Origin: an uncultured SAR86 cluster bacterium
GTDB taxonomy: Bacteria > Pseudomonadota > Gammaproteobacteria > Magnimaribacterales > AG-339-G14
Direction of reading: 5' to 3'
Assembly (NCBI GenBank): GCA_902594855.1
Contig: CACJNS010000001.1
Coordinates: 561,335 to 625,334 of the forward strand
Length of the DNA stretch: 64,000 nt
Shown here one piece after another: positions 16,756 to 25,992 of the stretch. The notes under the pieces were generated by a model. The model was not told where the DNA came from. It made no database searches and saw nothing but the letters and a program-made list of their open reading frames with translations. Position 1 is the stretch's first letter. Every line of letters starts with the position of its first letter. A program made the translations under genes and the position numbers.

Positions 16756-17376
16756 AATCTCTTTTGAAATTACTTGAAGATCTTCATCCAGTTTATAGAC
16801 AATTGGCTGTCCAGTAGCGATCTCAAGCTTTACTATTTTATCCTCAGATATTTTCTCTAGATACATAATCAAAGCTCTAAGAGAATTACCATGAGCTGAA
16901 ATTAAAATATTTTTCTGATTTCTTAATTCTGGATAAATAATATTTTCAAAGTATGGCAAAACTCTTTCAGCTGTATTTTTAAGACTCTCTCCTCCTGGAG
17001 GAGGAGTATCATAAGATCTTCTCCAAATATGAACCTGTTCATCTCCCCACTTTTTTCTCGCATCGTCTTTATTTAATCCAGATAAATCTCCATAGTCTCT
17101 TTCGTTAAGGGCTTTATTTTCAGACGTGGGGATATCTTCTCCAAGCTCTTGCATGATGAGATTACCTGTCCTTTGAGCTCTTTTTAGTTTTGAAGTGAAA
17201 TGTAAGTGAAAATTAATGTTAGTTTGTTTTATTTTTTTACCGGCATTAATAGCCTCTTCAATTCCTTTTTCAGTCAAATCTGGATCTTTCCAACCTGTGA
17301 ATAAGTTTTCTTTATTCCATTGACTTTGTCCGTGCCTAACAAGAACTAAAGTAGAAATTTTTTTTGACTGAGACAT
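16750..17376 (-). CDS. gpmA: 2,3-bisphosphoglycerate-dependent phosphoglycerate mutase (short form)
   Basis: [18 protein letters not shown] and [10 protein letters not shown]. Confidence 0.8.
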   Translation of the reverse strand: MSQSKKISTLVLVRHGQSQWNKENLFTGWKDPDLTEKGIEEAINAGKKIKQTNINFHLHFTSKLKRAQRTGNLIMQELGEDIPTSENKALNERDYGDLSGLNKDDARKKWGDEQVHIWRRSYDTPPPGGESLKNTAERVLPYFENIIYPELRNQKNILISAHGNSLRALIMYLEKISEDKIVKLEIATGQPIVYKLDEDLQVISKEIL

Positions 17377-17412
17377 AGTTTCTTCTAAGCTTACGGTTTA
17401 ATATACGCTCCC

Positions 17413-17820
17413 ATGGAATACTTCATTCAATTCGTAATTGAAAATTGGTACATCGAGATACCTCTTATTATATCTATTGCAGCTTTAATATTGTTTGAAA
17501 AATCAAAAAGAGCATCGAAAATTGAGCCTCAAGCTGCAACCATTATGATAAATAAACAAAAAGCTAGAGTTTTAGATGTCAGAAGTGCCATTGAATTTAG
17601 CAAAGGAACAATTCCCAATGCAGTTAACGTTAACAAAGATAACGCTTCTTGCATCAATGCTTTAAAAGGAGATTTAGATAACCCGGTAATATTTGTTTGT
17701 AATCAAGGCACTGATTCTTCAAAAATTGCATCCAGCCTAAAAAAAGATTTGAAAGAGGTTTATGTGATTAACGGAGGTATTAACGCATGGAAAAGCGAGG
17801 GCTTTCCTATTGTGAATTAG
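17413..17820 (+). CDS. Membrane-anchored single-domain rhodanese sulfurtransferase
   Basis: N-terminal TM helix. Rhodanese fold with the active-site loop VIFVCNQGTDSS. Confidence 0.65.
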   Translation: MEYFIQFVIENWYIEIPLIISIAALILFEKSKRASKIEPQAATIMINKQKARVLDVRSAIEFSKGTIPNAVNVNKDNASCINALKGDLDNPVIFVCNQGTDSSKIASSLKKDLKEVYVINGGINAWKSEGFPIVN

Positions 17821-18591
17821 TCAAATATCTAGCTCTTGTATTTTTCTAGCTAAGGTATTTCTTCCCCAGCCTAGCAGCTTAGCAGCCTCAGATTTATTTC
17901 CTCTAGTGGACTTTAAAGCCACATTAATCATTGTTCTTTCAAAAATTGGAGTAGCTACATTTAATAGATGATCTTCCCCTTTGGAAAGTTGTTTTTCTGC
18001 CCAGCTTTCAAGAATATCTTCCCAATTTTGCTCTTCTTTTTCAGTTTGAATAAATAGTTGTTTATGAAGGTCGCTCTCTTTTAAATCTTGTCCCGGTGAA
18101 AGAACAAACATTAACTTTCCAATAGCGTTAAAAAGGTCTTGCATAGCTTCTGATCTATCTACTGTTTTTTCTTTTTCAGGCAAAATCTCTTCAATTTGTT
18201 TATTCGAAACAGTCACTGATTTTTTTTCGCTAATCACTTTATCTATTTTTGATATGGCAGTATGAATATCGAAAGGTTTTGCTAAATAATCCCAGGCACC
18301 ATTATCAAAAGCTTCAACAGTTGTTTCTAGGTCAGAAAAAGCAGTCATCATTATGATGGGTATATTTGGATGTTCATTTTTAAAAGTATCAAGAAGATCC
18401 ATCCCATCCCTGCCTGGCATACGCATATCTGTGAGAACTATATTAGGCGATTCAATATCTAATTGATTAACCACTTCATTTCCGTCTTCAAAAGTAGAAA
18501 CTTCGAAACCTGCTTCAGATAATCCTTTTTCTAGAACCCACCTTATGGATTCATCATCATCAGCAACCCATATTTTTTTATCTTGCCTCAT
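17821..18591 (-). CDS. ntrC: NtrC-like response regulator lacking the sigma54 AAA+ central domain (REC + Fis-type HTH only)
   Basis: REC: VADDDESIRWVL, VLTDMRMPG, YLAKPFD. C-terminus: EAAKLLGWGRNTLARKIQEL. Only a remnant of the central-domain start remains (DRSEAMQDLFNAIGKL). There is no Walker A or GAFTGA motif. 256 aa. Confidence 0.8.
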   Translation of the reverse strand: MRQDKKIWVADDDESIRWVLEKGLSEAGFEVSTFEDGNEVVNQLDIESPNIVLTDMRMPGRDGMDLLDTFKNEHPNIPIIMMTAFSDLETTVEAFDNGAWDYLAKPFDIHTAISKIDKVISEKKSVTVSNKQIEEILPEKEKTVDRSEAMQDLFNAIGKLMFVLSPGQDLKESDLHKQLFIQTEKEEQNWEDILESWAEKQLSKGEDHLLNVATPIFERTMINVALKSTRGNKSEAAKLLGWGRNTLARKIQELDI

Positions 18592-19691
18592 GCTGATTCA
18601 TAATTTTCATTTTTAGATGCTTCCTTTGCATCTTCATCTTCAATTTTTAAAGGCAAATAGATTGAGAACTTTGTGCCGGAAGAAGAACTCTCACATTCGA
18701 TTGCTCCGCCATGTTGACTGACTATTCCTTGAGCAATTGAGAGCCCCAAACCAGACTTAATTTCTTTACTTGAAACAAGAGGGAAAAATATTGAGTCAAT
18801 TATTTCTTCTGGAATACCAGGACCATTATCAATAAAGGATATCTCACAAGTGGTTTTGTGGAATGTCCTGTTGATGAAAGTTCCAAAATGTATTCTGGTT
18901 TTAAGAGAAATTTTATTTTCTCGATCGGTCGATCTCATGGCATCAACTGAATTATTTGCCAAGTTGTATAGGACCTGAGTCATAAGTGATGAATCAATAT
19001 TCAATTCAGGTAAAGTAGGGTCATAATCTTTAGTTATCTCTATTTTATCTCTAGATATACTTCCTAGATATTCTGGAATAGTTTCAAGAATTGTATGAAT
19101 GTTCACATCTTCAGGTTGGATTTCAAACTGTCTATCTAGAATTTTCGTAACCAAATCACTCAATCTTTCAGTCTCTTTTAATATGATTCTCGTGTATTCC
19201 TTAAGATCATCATTTTTTAATTTTGGCTCAAGAAGTTGAGTAGCACCTTTAATGCCACTAAGAGGATTTCTTATTTCGTGCGCTAAGCCCTTTGAAAAAG
19301 TAGCTGTGACAGTCGAAATAGTTTGTCTTTTCATCCTATTCAATTCCTTTGTTTGGTTAGCATCGTAAAATTCATAAAGAAGATATTTTTTTGAATCTAT
19401 CTCGAAGAAATTAATTTCATAGGTGCAAACTTTTTCAAGACCTCCTTTTAAATAAATTTTTCGTCTGGACTTCTCAAGAGAATCTTTCTCAGCAAGAAGT
19501 CTTTTGAGTTCAAACATATTGCTAGGACTTTCAGAAAATATATTTTCAATACCTTTGCCTTCACTATTTTTTGAGTCAAATAATAAAAAAGCTTCTGCTT
19601 CATTGCTTGCAAAAACAAAATTTAAGTTTTCATCAACAACCAAAACTTTGGAAGAAATGTTTTCCATTGTTTTTTTCAGAAGCTTCTTCAT
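18588..19691 (-). CDS. ntrB: Nitrogen regulation sensor histidine kinase NtrB-like
   Basis: PAS-like N-terminus, H-box GLAHEIRNPLSGIKG, and ATPase N/G boxes (NLANNSVDA, GLGLSIAQ). Confidence 0.8.
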   Translation of the reverse strand: MKKLLKKTMENISSKVLVVDENLNFVFASNEAEAFLLFDSKNSEGKGIENIFSESPSNMFELKRLLAEKDSLEKSRRKIYLKGGLEKVCTYEINFFEIDSKKYLLYEFYDANQTKELNRMKRQTISTVTATFSKGLAHEIRNPLSGIKGATQLLEPKLKNDDLKEYTRIILKETERLSDLVTKILDRQFEIQPEDVNIHTILETIPEYLGSISRDKIEITKDYDPTLPELNIDSSLMTQVLYNLANNSVDAMRSTDRENKISLKTRIHFGTFINRTFHKTTCEISFIDNGPGIPEEIIDSIFFPLVSSKEIKSGLGLSIAQGIVSQHGGAIECESSSSGTKFSIYLPLKIEDEDAKEASKNENYESA

Positions 19692-19708
19692 CGTTTTTAT
19701 TTCAAATT

Positions 19709-19775
19709 AAAACTTTGAAGTTAATCGCAGACTAAAATGTTTAGATTCTAAATCTTTGATTAACTTCAAAGTTTT
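19709..19775 (-). terminator. 18-bp perfect inverted repeat between glnII and ntrB (probable terminator/attenuator)
   Basis: aaaactttgaagttaatc (19709-19726) pairs with gattaacttcaaagtttt (19758-19775). The 31-nt loop holds the nested palindrome tttaga-t-tctaaa (19740-19752). On the transcribed strand the 3' arm ends in UUUU and is followed by AAUUU. Confidence 0.45.
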
Positions 19776-19794
19776 TAACATATGCTTTTAAGCC

Positions 19795-20775
19795 TTATTT
19801 CGTTAACGTGCCAACGATATGAGAAAGTATTTTGTATGGATCGGCATTCGAGGCAGGTCTTCTGTCCTCAAGGTATCCATTCCAATTATGTTCAACTGTG
19901 TAAACAGGTATACGTATACTTGCTCCTCTGTCACTGACCCCATATGAGAATTTCTCAATGCTTTGAGTTTCGTGAAGACCAGTTAGTCTCATATCATTAT
20001 CTGATCCATACGCAGCAATACCGTCCTCATGGACTTCGCCTAGTTTTTCACACATTGATTTAAATAAATCCTCTGAACCACCAGTTCGCATAGCCTCATT
20101 GGAAAAGTTTGTGTGCATTCCAGATCCGTTCCAATCCCCAGTTTTAGGTTTTGGATGGATATTTACACCAACACCATACTCTTCAGCTGTTTTGAAGAGA
20201 AGATATCTACTAACCCATAAATCATCAGCTGCTTTAATTCCTTTACCAAAGCATTGATATTCCCATTGACCCAAAGCAACTTCTGCATTTGTTCCTGTTA
20301 GTGTTATCCCTATGTCTAAGCAAGCTTGCAAATGTGCATCTGATATTTCTCTTCCAACTACGTTAGCAGCACCTACTCCGCAATAAAATTCTCCTTGCGC
20401 TCTAGGTTCGCCATCTTCCCATCCTAAAGGTTCACCAGTAGTAGGGTCGGTGAAGAAAAACTCTTGCTCAAATCCAAACCACCATTCATCAGAAACAACC
20501 TCTGCAGCTGCAGCCCTGTTATTGGATGAATGCGTAGTATGATCTGCTGATTGAACTTGTGTCATAACTAAATCGTGCCCATTTGGGTTTGAATAAGTTT
20601 GCACAGGTAATAAAAGACAATCAGAACTTCCACCTTCAGCTTGTTGAGTCGAGGACCCATCAAAAGACCAATCTGGAGGGGAAGCATCTTCTGTTGCTTT
20701 CACTTTACTTCTCATAAAAGGCTCAGGCTCGTAGCCGTCTAGCCAAATATATTCATATGTTTTCATGTCTGACAT
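19795..20775 (-). CDS. glnII: Glutamine synthetase type II (eukaryote-like GSII)
   Basis: 326 aa. EYIWLDG, FDGSSTQQAEG, NAEVALGQWEYQ, DWNGSGMHTNFS and YLEDRRPASNADPY are collinear with rhizobial GlnII as I recall it. Confidence 0.9.
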   Translation of the reverse strand: MSDMKTYEYIWLDGYEPEPFMRSKVKATEDASPPDWSFDGSSTQQAEGGSSDCLLLPVQTYSNPNGHDLVMTQVQSADHTTHSSNNRAAAAEVVSDEWWFGFEQEFFFTDPTTGEPLGWEDGEPRAQGEFYCGVGAANVVGREISDAHLQACLDIGITLTGTNAEVALGQWEYQCFGKGIKAADDLWVSRYLLFKTAEEYGVGVNIHPKPKTGDWNGSGMHTNFSNEAMRTGGSEDLFKSMCEKLGEVHEDGIAAYGSDNDMRLTGLHETQSIEKFSYGVSDRGASIRIPVYTVEHNWNGYLEDRRPASNADPYKILSHIVGTLTK

Positions 20776-20871
20776 TTTTAACTCCTTAATGTTTAACGGA
20801 ACTAAATTATCAGAACCAGTGATTATTAATAGTGCAATAATGTATCAATTTAATACATATTTTGCTTTATT

Positions 20872-21432
20872 TTAGAACAAAAAGCTAAAAATTTGCTCTA
20901 TTTTATCCTCAAAACCTAAAAATTGATGATTTCCACGCTTAGAAAACGAAATTTTACTATCCTTAAATTTCTCAAGTGAAAGTCTTTGATCAAGAACTTC
21001 GTCACCCTCTTGTGCAAGAAGAAAATGATTCTTAGGTGACGTAAGCACGGGTGTAGAATATTTTTTTAAATTTTCATAATCATTCATAGAGAATTTATCT
21101 TTTTTCCCATTATTAAAGTTTTCATAACTACCAACAATATTAAGCATGCTGGGTAAATGATCATCCACTACTGGGTTTATATAAACTCCTTTCAAATTAT
21201 ATTTATTAGCAAAATAACAAGAATAAAATCCTCCCATTGAACTGCCAATAAAACCAACAATTTCGTTTTCAGATATCAACATTTCAATGAGGTTAACAAC
21301 TTTATTTGTTGATAACGGTAAATCTGGAATTAAAATTTTATCGTCGATACCTTTGTCGGAAAGATATTTTTTACAAAGCTGTGCTTTTGAAGAAGAGCTA
21401 GAACTATTGAAACCGTGTAGGTAAATTATCAC
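20872..21432 (-). CDS. yqiA: YqiA-family esterase
   Basis: IIYLHGFNSS and GSSMGG nucleophile elbow. ~186 aa, next to yqiB as in E. coli. Confidence 0.7.
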   Translation of the reverse strand: MIIYLHGFNSSSSSSKAQLCKKYLSDKGIDDKILIPDLPLSTNKVVNLIEMLISENEIVGFIGSSMGGFYSCYFANKYNLKGVYINPVVDDHLPSMLNIVGSYENFNNGKKDKFSMNDYENLKKYSTPVLTSPKNHFLLAQEGDEVLDQRLSLEKFKDSKISFSKRGNHQFLGFEDKIEQIFSFLF

Positions 21433-21847
21433 TTTCAGCTAATCCTTCTTTTACGCAAAATACTAGAAATTCATTAAGAAATTTATTCCATTGAGTTCTT
21501 TCATCTCTCTGAAATCCGAATTTCTTAATTGTTGGAATAATATCAATTAGATTATTATGAAAACTCTGAAGAGAGATAACCTCTGCCATCTTTGCTTCTA
21601 AATAAACTCTTACTTTAAAGGTTGTATTTTCTTCGACTGGATTGATATTGATATTCAATTCAATATCAAAAGTGTACTTTGATAATTTAGTTGAACCAAT
21701 TGAGACCTTTCTATTCTCATCTTGAATGGGAATCTCAAAAACTTTCTTTTTATTTTCATCAAAATCATCTACAAGAGAATTCAAAAGAAAAAAGTTTCTT
21801 TCAAATAAAGAATGCAGGTTTTTCAGCTTGAGATATTCCTTCATCAA
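21404..21847 (-). CDS. yqiB: DUF1249 protein YqiB
   Basis: FKVRVYLEAKMAEVISLQ and QRDERTQWNKFLNEFLVFCVKEG parallel E. coli YqiB (TVRLYHDAMVAEV, QRDEKHQINQFLADWLRYC) from memory. Confidence 0.7.
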   Translation of the reverse strand: MMKEYLKLKNLHSLFERNFFLLNSLVDDFDENKKKVFEIPIQDENRKVSIGSTKLSKYTFDIELNININPVEENTTFKVRVYLEAKMAEVISLQSFHNNLIDIIPTIKKFGFQRDERTQWNKFLNEFLVFCVKEGLAESDNLPTRFQ

Positions 21848-21879
21848 ATCAGTCTATAAAATAGATTCTAAAATTCAAC

Positions 21880-22473
21880 TCAATCATAAGAATTCCATAA
21901 CATATTTGCCACAAGAGTTCGATACGGTTTCCACTTAACAGAAATTTCTTCTAGCTCCATTTCTGAAGGACGATTAGAAAGTTTTTTTAATTTTTGTACG
22001 CTAATTTGAAGACCAAGGTCTCCTACTGGCCAGATGTCTTCTCTCTTAAGAGATGCAAGCATGTAGCAATCTGCTGTCCACTTACCTATACCCTTGATTT
22101 TACAAAGTTCCTTTCTGAGATCTTCATCATTCATCCTATGCAAGGTTGTAAAGTCTAAATCTCTTGCAATGCATGCATTAGCAAGCCCAGTGCAATAATC
22201 AATTTTTTGTCTGCTTAACCCTGTTTTTTGAAGATCTTTCTTTGAAACTTTTAAAAAGTTTTTTGCCTCAAATGGCGAAACTATTTTCGCCAATCTATCG
22301 AAGATGGCTTTTGCTGAAGCAACAGATAATTGCTGTTCACATATCAATCTAACCAATCCTTCAAATCCTTTTTCTCTCTTAAAAGGAACTATTTTAGGAA
22401 TAGATTTGATTAATTCTTCAAGGTCCTTATCAGACTTTAAAAGGTAAGAAAGTTGCTCCTTTTGAGAAGTCAT
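21880..22473 (-). CDS. DNA-3-methyladenine glycosylase II family (HhH-GPD)
   Basis: HhH IKGIGKWTADCYML followed by WPVGDLGLQ (catalytic Asp). Confidence 0.75.
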   Translation of the reverse strand: MTSQKEQLSYLLKSDKDLEELIKSIPKIVPFKREKGFEGLVRLICEQQLSVASAKAIFDRLAKIVSPFEAKNFLKVSKKDLQKTGLSRQKIDYCTGLANACIARDLDFTTLHRMNDEDLRKELCKIKGIGKWTADCYMLASLKREDIWPVGDLGLQISVQKLKKLSNRPSEMELEEISVKWKPYRTLVANMLWNSYD

Positions 22474-23630
22474 ATGTTCTTAAATGGTAAAAGAGTGCTA
22501 GCATCTTGATGATAATCTTTAATATATTTGTCTTCTCTGAGAAGAAAATCACTTATAGCTAGGCTGAAATCATGGTTTTCTATCCAGTGAGAAGAAAATG
22601 TAAAAGTGGGCTCAAAACCTCTTTTAATTTTGTGTTCGCCTTGTACGCCAGGATCAAATCTCTTGATGTTTTTTTCAATACAAAAATCTATACCTTGGTA
22701 ATAACAACACTCAAAATGCAAAGCATCAAAATCATTAGATGCTCCCCAATACCTTCCGTATAAATTATTTTGATCATAAAAGAAGAAAGAGCCAGCAACC
22801 GCTCGACCATTTTTATATGCCAGGATGATTAATATGTTGTCAGTAATGGTTTGTGTTATCTCTTCAAAGAAATCTTTATTCAAGTATCCAGAATGGCCGC
22901 TTCTTCTCAGATGAGTGTCTACATAGAAGGAATAGAAATCATCAACGACATCTAAAGATATTTGATTCCCTGTAAACCGTTTTATCTCAAGATTTTGTTC
23001 AGCAATTTTTCTTCTTTCTTTTTTTAAGTTTTTTCTATTTCGTGAGGAGAAAAACTCTAAAAAGTGATCAAAACTTTCATAGTTATTATTTTTCCACATG
23101 AACTGAACATTCTTTCTAGTACTGAGACCAAGAGATTCAAAAAGATCTTTTTCATCTTCTTCTGGAAAAAGAATGTGCCAAGAAGATATCTCGTTTTCCT
23201 TAGATACTTTCTGTATAGCTTTAAAAATTTGTTCAGCAGTATTTTTTTTATCATTCAATGTGGAATATAGAATTCTTGGACCAGTTGCAGGCGTGAATGG
23301 AATCGATGAAACAAACTTTGGGTAATAGTATTTTTTATGTTGGTAGTATGCATTTGCCCAGCTGTAATCAAAGACAAATTCGCCTTGTGAATTATTTTTT
23401 AAATAAAGAGGCATCGCTCCAATTAAAGAATCTTCCTTCCACAAGGTGACATGGAATGGCTGCCACCCTGTTCTTTCCGAAACGCATCCGGATTCTTCTA
23501 GAGCATTTAAAAAATCAAAGGAAAGAAAGGGATAACTTTCATGATTTAGTGAATCCCAAGAATGTTTTGCTACATCTTTAATTTGTGAAAGAAACTTTAC
23601 ATGCATATTAGAAACCAAAAAGAATTCCAA
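22470..23630 (-). CDS. DUF482 / FemAB-like GNAT-fold protein
   Basis: YPFLSFDFLNALEESGCVSERTGWQPFHV is the typical N-terminus of this family. ~386 aa. Confidence 0.6.
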   Translation of the reverse strand: MEFFLVSNMHVKFLSQIKDVAKHSWDSLNHESYPFLSFDFLNALEESGCVSERTGWQPFHVTLWKEDSLIGAMPLYLKNNSQGEFVFDYSWANAYYQHKKYYYPKFVSSIPFTPATGPRILYSTLNDKKNTAEQIFKAIQKVSKENEISSWHILFPEEDEKDLFESLGLSTRKNVQFMWKNNNYESFDHFLEFFSSRNRKNLKKERRKIAEQNLEIKRFTGNQISLDVVDDFYSFYVDTHLRRSGHSGYLNKDFFEEITQTITDNILIILAYKNGRAVAGSFFFYDQNNLYGRYWGASNDFDALHFECCYYQGIDFCIEKNIKRFDPGVQGEHKIKRGFEPTFTFSSHWIENHDFSLAISDFLLREDKYIKDYHQDASTLLPFKNI

Positions 23631-24480
23631 AAAATAGAAAAACTCCTATCCAGTTATTACCTTTAAAAATTGAAAGGTAAATTTGTCTCAACCCTAAGTT
23701 GATTTGAAAGTTTTGGAAAAAAACAATTCCAAAACATAAAGATAAAAAGAAGAAAAAAGAAAGATCTAAATTGAGCGAAAGACCTACAAAAAAGTAGATA
23801 AATAAATGAGCCAACCCTAAAAGAAATACCCATTTCTCTTTTCTTCTACCAAAATATCTTGCTGAGTTACCTATATTTAATTTTTCATCATCAGCAGCAT
23901 CTATCATCCCATAGACAGTATCGTAAGCAATAACCCAAAGAAAATTAGCTAAAAATATAACCCAAGTGATTAATGAAAGATTATCTTGTGAAGCGAATGC
24001 AATCGGTATGCCAAAAGAGAACGCCAATCCTAATATCGTTTGTGGAATTGCTAAAAATCTCTTTGCCAGAGGATAAAGAAGAATTAATAGGGCTGCACCC
24101 AGTCCCATGTATATGCTTAATTCATTTAATTGGAAAAGAATCCATACGGAAGGAATGCTCAGAAAACCAAATAAAATCAATGCTTCAATAGAAGATACTT
24201 TTCCGGATGCAATTGGTCTTTGGCTTGTTCGGAGTACTTTCGAATCGATATCTTTATCGAAAAAATCGTTGATTACACATCCCATAGATCTAGCAAAAAA
24301 AGCCCCCAGACAAAATAACCATATAGTCTTCATATCTACAGAAGCTTCTGACGCTAACAAAAGAGCACAAAGAGTGGGCCAAAGGAGTAAAAGAGTTCCA
24401 ATAGGCTTATCCAACCTCATTAGGTAAGCGTAATTTCTAACTCTTTCCATCGTGGTGTTATATAATTCTTGCTCATCCAA
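23608..24480 (-). CDS. ubiA: 4-hydroxybenzoate polyprenyltransferase
   Basis: Polytopic prenyltransferase with NDFFDKDID and a second Asp-rich region (YDTVYGMIDAADD). Confidence 0.85.
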   Translation of the reverse strand: MDEQELYNTTMERVRNYAYLMRLDKPIGTLLLLWPTLCALLLASEASVDMKTIWLFCLGAFFARSMGCVINDFFDKDIDSKVLRTSQRPIASGKVSSIEALILFGFLSIPSVWILFQLNELSIYMGLGAALLILLYPLAKRFLAIPQTILGLAFSFGIPIAFASQDNLSLITWVIFLANFLWVIAYDTVYGMIDAADDEKLNIGNSARYFGRRKEKWVFLLGLAHLFIYFFVGLSLNLDLSFFFFLSLCFGIVFFQNFQINLGLRQIYLSIFKGNNWIGVFLFFGILFGF

Positions 24481-24503
24481 TCTAGCATAAAACTTTATTA
24501 TTT

Positions 24504-24698
24504 ATGGAAGAATACAAGAAATGGGAATGCATTGTTTGCGGCCTTATTTATGACGAGGCAGAAGGGTGGCCTGATGATGGAATACCACCTGGAACCAAAT
24601 GGGAAGATGTTCCAGTTGATTGGGTCTGCCCAGATTGTGGTGTAGGCAAAGAAGATTTTGATATGGTACCTTTTGAAGGGGCTGGAAAAAGTTATTAA
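24504..24698 (+). CDS. Rubredoxin
   Basis: [12 protein letters not shown]...[13 protein letters not shown] (two CxxCG knuckles). Confidence 0.9.
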   Translation: MEEYKKWECIVCGLIYDEAEGWPDDGIPPGTKWEDVPVDWVCPDCGVGKEDFDMVPFEGAGKSY

Positions 24699-25924
24699 TG
24701 TCCTATACTGCAAAAATTTTAATATCCATGCTTTTGGGTATTGGATTAGGATCGTTAATCAATTTATTTTTACTTGAACTATCGCTAATTAATATTGCAT
24801 TAAACTTATTTGATGCTGTTGGTGAGATTTTTATTTCATCTCTCAAGTTGATGGTAGTTCCTCTTGTATTTTTTTCTTTAGTATCAGGAGTTGCTCAAAT
24901 TGAAAATTCAAAAGAGCTAGGTTCAATTAGTTTTAAGGCTATTACCTTTTATCTAATAACAACCGCATTGGCTATCTCAACAGCATTATTTTTCGCTAAT
25001 TTTTTTAATCCAGGAGATGGGGTAGGCCTAGAAACTTCATCAACTTATTCAGCACCTGAAGCTCCATCTTTGAAGGAAGTCTTAATAAATATTATTCCCA
25101 CTAATCCAATTCAAGCTATGGCAGATGGAGAAATGTTACAAATCATAGTCTTTTCGATACTAGTAGGATTTGCAATTAAAGGGATGGGGACACATTCGTC
25201 AGGGGCTGCAAACTTTTTCAAATCAGGGAATGACTTAATGTTGCGCTTGGTAGAAATCATAATTATGTTTGCGCCTTTAGGAATTTTTTGTCTTTTGGCT
25301 TCCATATTTTCCGAGATAGGTTTTTTTATAATCTATGATTTAGCAGGTTATTTTTTTCTACTCTCGTTTGTATTGATATTTCATGCCTTGATTACTTACG
25401 GATCAATACTTTCATTTTTTAGACTAAATCCATTCATTTTCTTTAAGAAACTCAGAGAAGTTTTGTTATTTGCATTTAGTACATCGTCTAGCAGCGCAAC
25501 AATGCCTTTGACTTTAAAAACAGTTCAAGAAAAATTTGGTGTTGATAAGTCAGTCGCATCATTTTGTATTCCTCTTGGAGCAACTATAAATATGGATGGA
25601 ACTGCAATTATGCAAGGCATTGCAACAGTTTTTATAGCTCAAGCTTATGGTGTTGATTTACAAATCACAGATTATTTAATGGTTATTTTGACAGCTACTT
25701 TAGCCTCAATTGGAACAGCTGGTGTTCCGGGTGTGGGTCTTATAATGCTTGCAATGGTTTTACAACAAGTTGGTCTCCCTGTAGAGGGAATCGCTTTGAT
25801 CATAGGCGTGGATAGACTTTTAGATATGATCAGAACAGCAGTAAATGTATCTGGAGACTCAATGATTGCTTGTATTATTTCTTCAACTCAAGGCACCTTG
25901 AATAAATCAAAATTCTTTGATTGA
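24698..25924 (+). CDS. Dicarboxylate/amino acid:cation symporter (DAACS family)
   Basis: 408-aa polytopic protein with SSSATMPLT- and GATINMDGTA-type hairpin motifs. Confidence 0.8.
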   Translation: MSYTAKILISMLLGIGLGSLINLFLLELSLINIALNLFDAVGEIFISSLKLMVVPLVFFSLVSGVAQIENSKELGSISFKAITFYLITTALAISTALFFANFFNPGDGVGLETSSTYSAPEAPSLKEVLINIIPTNPIQAMADGEMLQIIVFSILVGFAIKGMGTHSSGAANFFKSGNDLMLRLVEIIIMFAPLGIFCLLASIFSEIGFFIIYDLAGYFFLLSFVLIFHALITYGSILSFFRLNPFIFFKKLREVLLFAFSTSSSSATMPLTLKTVQEKFGVDKSVASFCIPLGATINMDGTAIMQGIATVFIAQAYGVDLQITDYLMVILTATLASIGTAGVPGVGLIMLAMVLQQVGLPVEGIALIIGVDRLLDMIRTAVNVSGDSMIACIISSTQGTLNKSKFFD

Positions 25925-25992
25925 GTTGTTTTTAAACTCATATAATAAAAGACAATTTTCTGATAAATTAGCGCGATCTTTAGGAGAACTTT

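Noticed and set aside
20776-20871. Sigma54 promoter or NtrC operator upstream of glnII. ATGTAT-N7-ATACAT is at 20840-20858.
   Set aside because: No GG-N10-GC element is visible. The inverted repeat is only 6 bp and does not extend outward without shifts, so it is expected by chance in AT-rich DNA.
24498-24713. 71-aa minus-strand ORF opposite the rubredoxin gene.
   Set aside because: The plus-strand reading gives a textbook rubredoxin (two CxxCG knuckles). The minus-strand product has no features.
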